Below, piece after piece: positions 16,528-24,441 of a stretch of 28,948 nucleotides of DNA. Below the pieces are notes generated by a model, which had not been told where the DNA came from, searched no databases, and saw nothing but the letters and a program-made list of their open reading frames with translations. A program made the translations under genes and the position numbers. Source of the stretch: an uncultured virus (IMG/VR IMGVR_UViG_3300007541_000015) (taxonomy: Duplodnaviria; Heunggongvirae; Uroviricota; Caudoviricetes); the IMG/VR virus record IMGVR_UViG_3300007541_000015. One strand, written 5' to 3'. The first letter of the stretch is position 1. Each line of letters begins with the position of its first letter.

Positions 16528-18381
16528 TCAAATCTCGCAAAGACCACCGGCACAAGCAATTTCACCGGACAGATTAGTTTCATCTGTTGATTCAATCACT
16601 CTTGTTAGGTCAATACCTTTGAGAGCCTTCGACAATTCTTCGTATGTTTTCTTATCACACGTTTCAAATGGAGCCTGTGTGTATGTCCCACCATCAAAGG
16701 GAAGAACAGAAAGACCGTTGTAATAATGTCTATTCATCCACATCCATTCTCCTACATTATCCCATTCATCTTCTTTAATGGAAACAGTAGCAGAAACATT
16801 GTGAGTGTTAGAACCTTCACGATGCCCGTTGCTAACCCATCGAATGCTAAAGTTCTTGATTCTCTCAAGAAGTTGAAATACATTCTCACTACGAGTGATT
16901 GCGCCTTCAGGGGCCTTCTGAGGCACAGAAATTACTGCCTGTTCTGTAGGGTTAAAGAATTCATCTTCAACCAACTCAGGATGGTTTTCAAGAAGATAAC
17001 CATAGATTGCTTCGTTCTTTCCTACACGGATGCGACGAATGTAGTATTCATCATGCCATGCGTGAATACCGGAAGAAGTTCCAAGAACAAGAGAAGTTGT
17101 TCCCGCAGGTTTAACACAAGTTACACGCGCAGCCTCATTGATTCCGATGAGTTTTGCTACACGACTGTTCTCTAATTTGGCGGCAAATGCGGCCATCTCA
17201 AGGTCCAAATGCTCGGCACGGTTAGAAGCAATACCCGTCATAGAAACACCTAAGAGAGCGTCCTTCTCACTTGTCTTACGCCAAATCTCACGAAGGTAGT
17301 GGAAATCAGTATATCCTGCCTGAAGTGTTCCGAGGAAAGCGGCGGCTTTTACACGACCTTCTAAATCTCTTTGGTCTTCAACATCAGAAGCATTTACTTC
17401 TGTTAGATTACAGAATTGATACGGCCTGAGAGCAATTTCACAACAAGGATTGGTTCCCCAATCTTTGTCGTTACTAAAATAAATTCCCGGTTCTCCTGAA
17501 CCACTTGCTTGAATACGCTTCCAAAGGTCCATGAAAAACTCCTTCGTAACTCGGTGTCGCATAATAACCGCAGAGTTGTTTGCACGACCGCGTTGAGGAT
17601 TGTTTTCCCACCAATTGCCTGATTTGCAGGCAATCATAGATGTATCATCTGCTGAGAAAAGGCTAATCATTGCAGCGCGACGAATACCACCGGCTAATAC
17701 AGCATCAGCAATATGGCACATAATATCGTGTGCTTGGATAGGACTCAACTTTTCGCCATCTGTAATGTTTTGAAGAATACCTTCAACCTTAACAAGACAT
17801 TCACGAAGAGGTTGAGGCCCCGGCGCTTTTCCACCAGAAGTCTTCAAAAGAGAACCCTTAGGTCTAATATCAGAATAATCAAACACAGGAGTTGAAGTCC
17901 GTGTTCCAATATAAGATTCCATCAGAACCTTTACTGCATCAGCCCAACCTTCAATAGAATCAGCAATAAGATGACGACGCTGCCTATCGGCTTTGGGATG
18001 ACGAATTTCTGGTAATTGTTCGATATGGTGACGTTGGACTGAATATCCCACCCCCGTCCCACCGAGAAGTAAAAACATAGCCTCAGAAAAAGAAAGATGG
18101 GAATCAATAGGCATATAAGCACAATTATACACACGATTCGGGCTAATCTCGATAGACTTACCGCCAAATTGCATAGAACGCATTGACGGGAGGATTCGCT
18201 TTGTTCTGACATATTGTTCATATACATTTTCAATTTCCTCCTGAAGTTGTGGATAAGTTTTAATGTGCATTGATTTGTTACGGTCAACAATTTCGTCCCA
18301 AGTTTCTCGTCTTAGTAGGTCGGCGTTGTATTTAGCGTATTTCATATGCACGGTAATGTCCGACAAAATTTCTGTGTTCAT
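16528..18381 (-). CDS. nrdJ: class II (B12-dependent) ribonucleotide reductase
   Basis: YNC, GGIRRAAMI, GEPG, TNPCCEI, CNLTE, KPAGT, C-terminal CAGGLCEI; no beta subunit in the window. Confidence 0.95.
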   Translation of the reverse strand: MNTEILSDITVHMKYAKYNADLLRRETWDEIVDRNKSMHIKTYPQLQEEIENVYEQYVRTKRILPSMRSMQFGGKSIEISPNRVYNCAYMPIDSHLSFSEAMFLLLGGTGVGYSVQRHHIEQLPEIRHPKADRQRRHLIADSIEGWADAVKVLMESYIGTRTSTPVFDYSDIRPKGSLLKTSGGKAPGPQPLRECLVKVEGILQNITDGEKLSPIQAHDIMCHIADAVLAGGIRRAAMISLFSADDTSMIACKSGNWWENNPQRGRANNSAVIMRHRVTKEFFMDLWKRIQASGSGEPGIYFSNDKDWGTNPCCEIALRPYQFCNLTEVNASDVEDQRDLEGRVKAAAFLGTLQAGYTDFHYLREIWRKTSEKDALLGVSMTGIASNRAEHLDLEMAAFAAKLENSRVAKLIGINEAARVTCVKPAGTTSLVLGTSSGIHAWHDEYYIRRIRVGKNEAIYGYLLENHPELVEDEFFNPTEQAVISVPQKAPEGAITRSENVFQLLERIKNFSIRWVSNGHREGSNTHNVSATVSIKEDEWDNVGEWMWMNRHYYNGLSVLPFDGGTYTQAPFETCDKKTYEELSKALKGIDLTRVIESTDETNLSGEIACAGGLCEI

Positions 18382-18384
18382 GTT

Positions 18385-18771
18385 TCAGCACCTCAATTTA
18401 CTTGCTTTAGGTAGTTTATCTAATGTAGTGAAAGAATATAAAAACTCTTGACCATCACGGGTAATAACCCATTCTTTTTCTTCAAGAAATTTCCATTCAT
18501 TGAAATCATTCAATGCTGATTTGGTATATTGATTTAACAATTCTTCAATGGAAGTGAAAGTGGTCCCTCGGTAAAGTATGCGAGACTCACCGGAGGCATA
18601 AATGTATCCCCTCTTAGAAACACCAATGATGAATCTATCGGGATAAAAGTCTGGTTTGACGTATGCAACGCCATTATGGACGAAAGGTGTAGTTAAGTTC
18701 CAACCATTGAGGTTGAACATCAGTTTCATAGCACCTTCGGAGATTGTTGAGATTAAATCCATGTTTCTCAA
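18385..18771 (-). CDS. hypothetical protein
   Basis: 128-aa ORF ending 4 nt before nrdJ; start uncertain (possibly 18762). Confidence 0.6.
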   Translation of the reverse strand: MRNMDLISTISEGAMKLMFNLNGWNLTTPFVHNGVAYVKPDFYPDRFIIGVSKRGYIYASGESRILYRGTTFTSIEELLNQYTKSALNDFNEWKFLEEKEWVITRDGQEFLYSFTTLDKLPKASKLRC

Positions 18772-18772
18772 T

Positions 18773-18806
18773 AAAAAAAAGGAGGCTAGTCTTTCGACTA
18801 ACCTCC
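18773..18806 (-). terminator. intrinsic-type terminator downstream of the Ubl gene
   Basis: GGAGGTTAGTC-GAAA-GACTAGCCTCC followed by T8 on the minus strand. Confidence 0.8.
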
Positions 18807-18812
18807 TAAGGT

Positions 18813-18848
18813 GGGGGGAAGGGAAAGGGGATGATTTCCCTTCCCCCC
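18813..18848. repeat. perfect 14-bp inverted repeat
   Basis: GGGGGGAAGGGAAA-N8-TTTCCCTTCCCCCC. Confidence 0.85.
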
Positions 18849-18878
18849 TAATGCGTAGCCCAAGCGTTTTACACTACT

Positions 18879-19091
18879 TCAGAACGCACCTCCAACAATT
18901 GCTGGAGTTAGGTCAACATTCTCAATTGTGTCCCAATTGATAGTTGCCACGTCTTCACGGCTAACCATTTCACCGTTGATAAACAACCAATGAGTAGGGT
19001 GAGTATCAATTTGCTCAATGATTTCTTCAGCCGAAAGCATAACCTCGGTGTGTCCTGTATCGTTAAGAATGCGTAGTCGAATCATAGTCAT
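18879..19091 (-). CDS. ubiquitin-like beta-grasp protein (ThiS/MoaD/SAMP-like) with GG-AF C-terminus
   Basis: MIRLRIL...TEVML...helix...LFINGEMV...VDLTPAIVGG|AF matches the ThiS/MoaD pattern vNGe...v.l.p.v.GG. Confidence 0.85.
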   Translation of the reverse strand: MTMIRLRILNDTGHTEVMLSAEEIIEQIDTHPTHWLFINGEMVSREDVATINWDTIENVDLTPAIVGGAF

Positions 19092-20323
19092 TCGCTCCTG
19101 TTCTGTTGATGTGCGCTTGGGCTATAAGCCTGATTCAAGGTGTCGGCCTGTTCATCCCCGCCGTCACGTTGAGCCAATAAAGACTTAATGAGTTGCGATG
19201 CCTCATATCGGGTCATAGGCCCAACTGCTTCACCTCCTAAATCTTCAATAAACTTGATTTGTTTTTCAGTTACCCTTTTATCATCTGCATAGATTTGACC
19301 AAGACGACTGATTTCATACTCAGAAAGAGTAACCGAATCCGACAATTTTAAAGCAAATTGTTTAAGAGCCACCATAGTCTCATAATTGTAGGCATGAATA
19401 GAACGTATTCTTTCAAGTCCATAAAAACGACAATTTCTCCTAAAGGCATCGTTAGAAACCATCAAGTCAATATCAACGGCCAAAGACCTTCCGTGTTCAA
19501 TCTTTCGATTGGCTTCAAGGACTCGTCGTTCAGCCAATTCCCTTTCATGCCTAAGTCGCTCTAATTGAATCTCAGCAAGACGACGCTCCTTTTTCTCTTC
19601 TTGAGCCTTAGCATACTTTGCATACTCTTCCTTTCTAAAAGATAGAGCAACGATATCAGCAAGAAGAGAATCATTCGGATAACCACTACCATTGATTTGA
19701 GCGCGGCTATTTCGCTCATCATCCCAACGCCAAAAGACAGACGCCATTTGATAGTTCGGGTCGCCAAACTTACCTTCTGACTTCTTTCTTGGCTTTGTTG
19801 CCCTAACATTCCATTGGTATTTTGGTTCGTAAAAGATTCGACCGCTGAATTGATAGTTGAAATAACGGTCAACTTCACGCAAACCTTCTAACATTCCATT
19901 GAACCATTCACCGTTTTCTTCCCACCAAGCGTCAGCCTTCATGTTCTTTACACGAACCTTCACCCAATCATTGATTTGGGCTTCGGTGATAGAATCAACA
20001 GGAAGCCCCAATTCATTAGAAATGTTACGGGCAATCATGTAAGCGTTGATGTGGTCTGAACCTACACATTCAGTTACTCCTGTTTCTGTATTGGTGATTT
20101 CAAAGTGGTAATAGATGGTATGTCCACAAAGACAATAACCAACACCGTTCTGATGGTTAGAAACCCAATCAGGAGTATTGGATGCAAGAGAAGGCCACCA
20201 ACAATTTCCGGTAGCCATCCATTCTTTCAAAGCATCATCAATGTTGTCAGAAAACGAATTCTCAAGCATTCTCTCAATGAGTTTACGGTCCCAATGTCCT
20301 GTTCCAAGTTTCCTCAAATTCAT
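19088..20323 (-). CDS. hypothetical protein with N-terminal Zn finger and coiled coil
   Basis: CLCGH...VGSDH, an E/K/R-rich coil, and C-terminal TEKQIKFI...MTRYEASQLI. Confidence 0.7.
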   Translation of the reverse strand: MNLRKLGTGHWDRKLIERMLENSFSDNIDDALKEWMATGNCWWPSLASNTPDWVSNHQNGVGYCLCGHTIYYHFEITNTETGVTECVGSDHINAYMIARNISNELGLPVDSITEAQINDWVKVRVKNMKADAWWEENGEWFNGMLEGLREVDRYFNYQFSGRIFYEPKYQWNVRATKPRKKSEGKFGDPNYQMASVFWRWDDERNSRAQINGSGYPNDSLLADIVALSFRKEEYAKYAKAQEEKKERRLAEIQLERLRHERELAERRVLEANRKIEHGRSLAVDIDLMVSNDAFRRNCRFYGLERIRSIHAYNYETMVALKQFALKLSDSVTLSEYEISRLGQIYADDKRVTEKQIKFIEDLGGEAVGPMTRYEASQLIKSLLAQRDGGDEQADTLNQAYSPSAHQQNRSE

Positions 20324-20832
20324 TCTTCTTCACCTCGATTCATTTCAAACAAAATCCATTCAGGGATTTCATCACCGTATTCTTCATACACTTCTGCCTG
20401 TGCATACAAAAAACCATCAACGTATTCTTCCCACTTTTCTTCAGCCTTCATCAAGTCAAGAATCCATTGTGCGTGTTTGAGGTCTTCTGTCAATGTTCCG
20501 AAAACTCGGTCTTCAAAGAAATGACCGACACCATCCTTCCAAACACGTTCACCGTGCATCAAACGAAGAGTGCCTTTGAGAACACCATTTGCGATACAAC
20601 GGTCACAAATTGCAATCCTGAAACCGCGAGTGTCCCACTTTGAGCCATAGCCCATTGAAGATTCAATGGTGTGGGCCTCATTGTAATTGGGCCAACAAAG
20701 GTTGTCATCCACCGGACCTTCACACTTGAAACAAGTATCGGGCAATTCCAAGAGTTTCACCACAGGGTCATACTCTTCAGGAAGCAGTTCCATTTCGATT
20801 TGAATTTCTTCATCATTCATATTATTCACCAA
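20320..20832 (-). CDS. hypothetical Zn-finger protein
   Basis: CFKC...ICDRC; start may be a few codons later. Confidence 0.65.
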   Translation of the reverse strand: MVNNMNDEEIQIEMELLPEEYDPVVKLLELPDTCFKCEGPVDDNLCWPNYNEAHTIESSMGYGSKWDTRGFRIAICDRCIANGVLKGTLRLMHGERVWKDGVGHFFEDRVFGTLTEDLKHAQWILDLMKAEEKWEEYVDGFLYAQAEVYEEYGDEIPEWILFEMNRGEEE

Positions 20833-21074
20833 TCCATCTTTTCGTTAGAACGTTGTTCTCCGAGGAAATCATCAAGGATTTCATCAATCTTCTCCGGGAA
20901 AACGTTGATAATACCTGCAATCGTCTTTCGATGCAGACTAATCCAAATACGGTGGTGCATATTCAACACCATCTTTGGTTCATCATTGTCATTCATAGTA
21001 ATGATGATGGGCGGTAACTCATCATCAAACACACGACGAAATTCAACAGGTTTTTTCTTTTCATTTACAATCAT
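20826..21074 (-). CDS. hypothetical protein
   Basis: 82 aa, coupled to neighbours. Confidence 0.65.
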   Translation of the reverse strand: MIVNEKKKPVEFRRVFDDELPPIIITMNDNDEPKMVLNMHHRIWISLHRKTIAGIINVFPEKIDEILDDFLGEQRSNEKMDW

Positions 21075-21169
21075 TCTTCATCACCCATAAACATAAATGC
21101 TAAAATCGCCCACGGACCAACAATAATTGCCGCAAGCAAACACCACCAAAATAGTTTCATAGTAATCAT
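21071..21169 (-). CDS. 32-aa single-TM microprotein
   Basis: MITMKLFWWCLLAAIIVGPWAILAFMFMGDEE; ATGA coupling. Confidence 0.5.
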   Translation of the reverse strand: MITMKLFWWCLLAAIIVGPWAILAFMFMGDEE

Positions 21170-21183
21170 TCCTTAAAAATAGG

Positions 21184-21258
21184 TGGACTCGATGGGATTT
21201 GAACCCATGACCGTCCGGTTATGAGCCGGATGCACTAACCAAACTGTGCTACGAGTCC
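21184..21258 (-). tRNA. tRNA with CAU anticodon (Ile2-like or elongator Met)
   Basis: GGACTCG/CGAGTCC acceptor, TCCGG-CTCATAA-CCGGA anticodon arm, GGTTCAAATCC T arm. Confidence 0.92.
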
Positions 21259-21271
21259 TTTTAAACATAGG

Positions 21272-21343
21272 CAGACGTGGAGGGAATCGAACCCCCATCT
21301 TCGGCTTAGAAGGCCAAAATGATATCCATTACACCACACGTCC
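21272..21343 (-). tRNA. tRNA-Arg(UCU)
   Basis: GGACGTG/CACGTCT acceptor, TTGGC-CTTCTAA-GCCGA anticodon arm, GGTTCGATTCC T arm. Confidence 0.9.
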
Positions 21344-21352
21344 CTATGTTGT

Positions 21353-21667
21353 TCACGAAAGATAAACCTCCGCGAAAGTTACTAATTCAACATTGTTCTT
21401 GGTGTGAAGAAGCCCTTCAATGTATTGAAGAACCTGCTCATCATTACAATGCTTGTTGATTAGAGCCTCAGAAATAATCCAAGCGAGTTTCTCACGAGAA
21501 GTCTTTGCAATTAATTCAGACATTTGCATAGCCATTTGACTAAGAACCATGTCATTTACCTTACAGTCTGTGCATTCAACTCGCATTGGAATATCATCAT
21601 CCCAAGAAGATGGAACAATTTTATATCGGTTATTATCACATGCGTTACAATTTATATTAAACATCAT
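21353..21667 (-). CDS. hypothetical Zn-ribbon protein
   Basis: CNAC...CTDC; AGGAG SD. Confidence 0.65.
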   Translation of the reverse strand: MMFNINCNACDNNRYKIVPSSWDDDIPMRVECTDCKVNDMVLSQMAMQMSELIAKTSREKLAWIISEALINKHCNDEQVLQYIEGLLHTKNNVELVTFAEVYLS

Positions 21668-21767
21668 TGTTATTTCTCCTATACATATTTTTATAACATT
21701 TAAGGCACACTTGTTTTTCAGGGTGTAGTGCCTTAAACACCCTTTGACACTTAGGACAGCGTTTCAT
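21657..21767 (-). CDS. 36-aa Zn-finger microprotein
   Basis: MKRCPKCQRVFKALHPEKQVCLKCYKNMYRRNNNDV fills the gap between its neighbours. Confidence 0.6.
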   Translation of the reverse strand: MKRCPKCQRVFKALHPEKQVCLKCYKNMYRRNNNDV

Positions 21768-21771
21768 ACTA

Positions 21772-22419
21772 TCACACAAATGTCATATTAGCACCGTAGC
21801 GTTCATTGAACGCACGGATTTGTTCATTCTTTTTGATAACGTATTGGTTATCAGGCCACCAATCAGGTGACTTACGATTTGTCCAACGGGCAAACTCCCA
21901 CTTACCTTGAAGATAGTAGTTTCGGTAAGAGTCAATAACAAAATCCCATTCAGAAACATGAGGATTTTGCATGTAAAGCACACCATCAAGACGATACTTG
22001 TCGTCCATAGCAATAGTAATGGGAGTCAATTCATCTTGACCACGGACCTTATCAACGAGAATACTCATTTCAAGGATACGGTCGTGAGAACCATGTCGCT
22101 TACCATAACGATGAGTATATTCTTCGCAAAGAGCGATACCGTGGTCGAAAAGCCAACAAAAGTTAGCGAAAGATTCTCGCGCCCATTGGGTTGAGGGGTG
22201 GTTTAGCATCGCGGGCTTCATCAGTTTGCCCTTGTGTGAGGCATGGAAAGTCTTCAAGTTAGCCAATGAAGGCTCCTTATTGTTTTCCTCAACGTAAAGC
22301 CAATAAATGTAGTTAGTATGTAGCATTTGACAGGTTTCTGTCGGCATCTTGACTACGTGCTTATCACACATTTGATGTGCGGCTTCAATTGGACTACTGC
22401 TTAGTGCAAAAATATTCAT
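21772..22419 (-). CDS. pyrimidine-dimer glycosylase (DenV/endonuclease V)-related protein
   Basis: MNIF...DKHVVKMPTETCQML...NHPSTQW...EEYTHRYGKRH...YRNYY phage family pattern. Confidence 0.75.
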   Translation of the reverse strand: MNIFALSSSPIEAAHQMCDKHVVKMPTETCQMLHTNYIYWLYVEENNKEPSLANLKTFHASHKGKLMKPAMLNHPSTQWARESFANFCWLFDHGIALCEEYTHRYGKRHGSHDRILEMSILVDKVRGQDELTPITIAMDDKYRLDGVLYMQNPHVSEWDFVIDSYRNYYLQGKWEFARWTNRKSPDWWPDNQYVIKKNEQIRAFNERYGANMTFV

Positions 22420-22610
22420 TCTTCTTCCTCCCAATACCTATTAATTTTTTCGTGATGAATATACACTTCACGCATGGTTTTTTTCCATTCTTCCTCGTCA
22501 ATATCAAAATCAACGGGTTTGAAATACTTGAATGGCTTGTTGTTAAAGTCAAAGAAAAGTTGTATTGTCACCTGTTCGGCAAGCCACCACATGATTTTAT
22601 CTTTATTCAT
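22416..22610 (-). CDS. hypothetical protein
   Basis: Start MNKDK after GGAGGTG; coupled. Confidence 0.55.
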   Translation of the reverse strand: MNKDKIMWWLAEQVTIQLFFDFNNKPFKYFKPVDFDIDEEEWKKTMREVYIHHEKINRYWEEEE

Positions 22611-22798
22611 GGAAACACCTCCTTCCAAAAATATTCCATCCAAACTTCTTCATCAAACCTAGGATTAATTTTCCTACAAGCATTAAAAAATGCTTCAAAC
22701 ATAATTTCTTGCTGATGGGTAAGACTACCACCAATCTGATTCCGATGTGTATATCCAAATTCTTCTGCAAAAATTCTAAAATCCTTTCTTGTCATCAT
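22607..22798 (-). CDS. hypothetical protein
   Basis: MTRKDF...NPRFD pattern; coupled. Confidence 0.6.
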   Translation of the reverse strand: MMTRKDFRIFAEEFGYTHRNQIGGSLTHQQEIMFEAFFNACRKINPRFDEEVWMEYFWKEVFP

Positions 22799-22968
22799 TT
22801 AATTCCTCTCCTTGCTAATTTTTCCGCTTGGAAATAAGTTTTTCCGGCTCGATAGTGAAAACGGAAACACTCACGCCTTCTCATCTCTTCTTCAACAGGA
22901 CGGTTAAGATAATCAGGCTTCCAAATATAGTGCTGACTAATTGGGATAATATCCTTCATTCGCTTCAT
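22795..22968 (-). CDS. hypothetical protein (start uncertain)
   Basis: MKRMKD portion of the 22795..23022 ORF, downstream of GAGGT; coupled to the next gene. Confidence 0.45.
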   Translation of the reverse strand: MKRMKDIIPISQHYIWKPDYLNRPVEEEMRRRECFRFHYRAGKTYFQAEKLARRGIK

Positions 22969-23149
22969 TAAAACAACCTCGACATAGGTAATAGTGAATT
23001 TCATTAATGACTTCTTCTTCACCTAATTTGTGAAGATTTAGCCATGCTTCGTGTGTAGCCTTAAGACCACACTTCAAACATCTTTTAGGAGGTATAATAT
23101 CCTCCGGCTTCAAAGATAAAGCCATTCTAAATTTTTCTAGTAATTTCAT
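22937..23149 (-). CDS. small Zn-finger protein
   Basis: CLKC...LCRGC; start MKLLEKF. Confidence 0.6.
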   Translation of the reverse strand: MKLLEKFRMALSLKPEDIIPPKRCLKCGLKATHEAWLNLHKLGEEEVINEIHYYLCRGCFNEANEGYYPN

Positions 23150-23168
23150 AATAATCCCTCGAAAGGGT

Positions 23169-23258
23169 GGGAGAAGAACAGGGCGCAAAATATAACCCTT
23201 GTCATTCGATTAACCAAGGAGATAACAAAATTTGTTCTTTTTACTTCGACAAACTCCC
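23169..23258 (-). ncRNA. candidate structured RNA, copy 1 of a three-copy motif
   Basis: GGGAG/CTCCC stem, TTTG-N6-TAAA hairpin, AAGAACA/TGTTCTT stem. Confidence 0.45.
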
Positions 23259-23262
23259 GATA

Positions 23263-23352
23263 GCGGAAAACTAGCCTAAATGGTGAATACGAACCACACA
23301 ACATAGTTCTTTTGGGCGACAACCACTAACTAATTTTTACTCGTCAAACCGC
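23263..23352 (-). ncRNA. candidate structured RNA, copy 2
   Basis: GCGG/CCGC stem, TTTG-N5-TAAAAA, AAAATTAG/CTAGTTTT stem; 90 nt like copy 1. Confidence 0.45.
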
Positions 23353-23382
23353 CGTGTCTTAGGGTCGAACCATACCCCGCGA

Positions 23383-23715
23383 CTAAAACGCTTTACCGTG
23401 CATAAACTCACGGTCCTTGTTATAACCAATCTTGGCTATAATCGCTCCTGCAATATCCAAATCATTGCCCATCGAGTAGTCCATAATACGGATAACTACG
23501 TCGGCCAATTCTTCTTCAACCGCAGAAAACTCAATAATCTTGTCTGAAGACGGATTACCCTGTCGCATCGCTTCAAGGGCTTCCGATAATTCAGAATGGA
23601 TTAGTGCAATAGATTCACCATCGTTTCGGGCATCATCCCAAAAACCATGCTTTACTGCATTCATCCATACCTTTTTAGCAACATAATTCCATACTTCTTC
23701 AAATGCTTCGCTCAT
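23383..23715 (-). CDS. MazG-like all-alpha NTP pyrophosphohydrolase
   Basis: LIHSELSEALEA...EELADVVIRIMD...KIGYNKDR; GGAGG SD. Confidence 0.85.
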   Translation of the reverse strand: MSEAFEEVWNYVAKKVWMNAVKHGFWDDARNDGESIALIHSELSEALEAMRQGNPSSDKIIEFSAVEEELADVVIRIMDYSMGNDLDIAGAIIAKIGYNKDREFMHGKAF

Positions 23716-23860
23716 ACTTAATCCTCCTTCAAACGAAAACAAAACCTACACCTGTATAACCGCTCTGAGCGATAGGTCATAAACCTACCGTTTTTATCAA
23801 CGACACGGACAGGCCTTACACTAAAACGGTAATCACAGTTATCTAAAACGATACACATAA

Positions 23861-24205
23861 TCATTCCTCCTCGTTCTGACGGTCAAAGCGACTCCAAAAA
23901 CGCCTGATATGGTTAAGAGCGTCATTAAGACTGAGGTCATTCATTCCAAAGAAAACATTCTTTCGCTCGAAGTAAATGGTATCATCAAGCGGTTGGCGAT
24001 TAACTTCCATGTAAAGAGAACCATCACGATATCGGTAGTAAAAGTAATTACCGTCAATGAATTGACCCTCAATCTGAAGAGGTTCCCAAGAAGAAGTTAC
24101 ATCAAAAGACCTAATTACAAAATGAGGACGTTCTGCATTCGCATAAATCCTGTGACGCATTCGGCGTTCTTCTTGTTCTTTCAAATTGTATTCAAATTCG
24201 TTCAT
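23861..24205 (-). CDS. hypothetical protein
   Basis: 114 aa; PLQIEG...FYYRYRDG. Confidence 0.6.
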   Translation of the reverse strand: MNEFEYNLKEQEERRMRHRIYANAERPHFVIRSFDVTSSWEPLQIEGQFIDGNYFYYRYRDGSLYMEVNRQPLDDTIYFERKNVFFGMNDLSLNDALNHIRRFWSRFDRQNEEE

Positions 24206-24441
24206 TCTTCTTCCTCCTTAATCAAGTGGTCCTTGCTATCATGTTCGAGCCATTCTGAATTACATTCATCACAGACAATGACTCCTGCTTCATCAGTAAC
24301 GTGACCATCAAAATAATCATGCTCGTCAACGTAAAGATTACCATATGCATCTTCATAAAAAGAAGTAATCGAGGACCATTCAATGGTCTTTCGCTCAAAA
24401 GTAAAATCTTTGCTTCCGCAATTCTTACACTTATAATTCAT
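24202..24441 (-). CDS. Zn-ribbon protein, tandem paralog 3
   Basis: CKNCGSKD...CDEC. Confidence 0.7.
   Translation of the reverse strand: MNYKCKNCGSKDFTFERKTIEWSSITSFYEDAYGNLYVDEHDYFDGHVTDEAGVIVCDECNSEWLEHDSKDHLIKEEEE

Noticed and set aside
5890..18381. Inteins or introns in ligase, GroEL or RNR
   Set aside because: The proteins are compact and continuous, with no splice-junction motifs seen.
12746..19091. Thiamine or molybdopterin biosynthesis (ThiF/ThiS, MoeB/MoaD) operon
   Set aside because: No ThiG, MoaE or related gene is in the window, and the Ubl is capped and accompanied by a JAB protease. A tRNA-thiolation role is not fully excluded.
23169..23352. Mini-CRISPR array interpretation of the tandem elements
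   Set aside because: The shared sequence is short and degenerate, there are only two adjacent units, and no cas gene is present.
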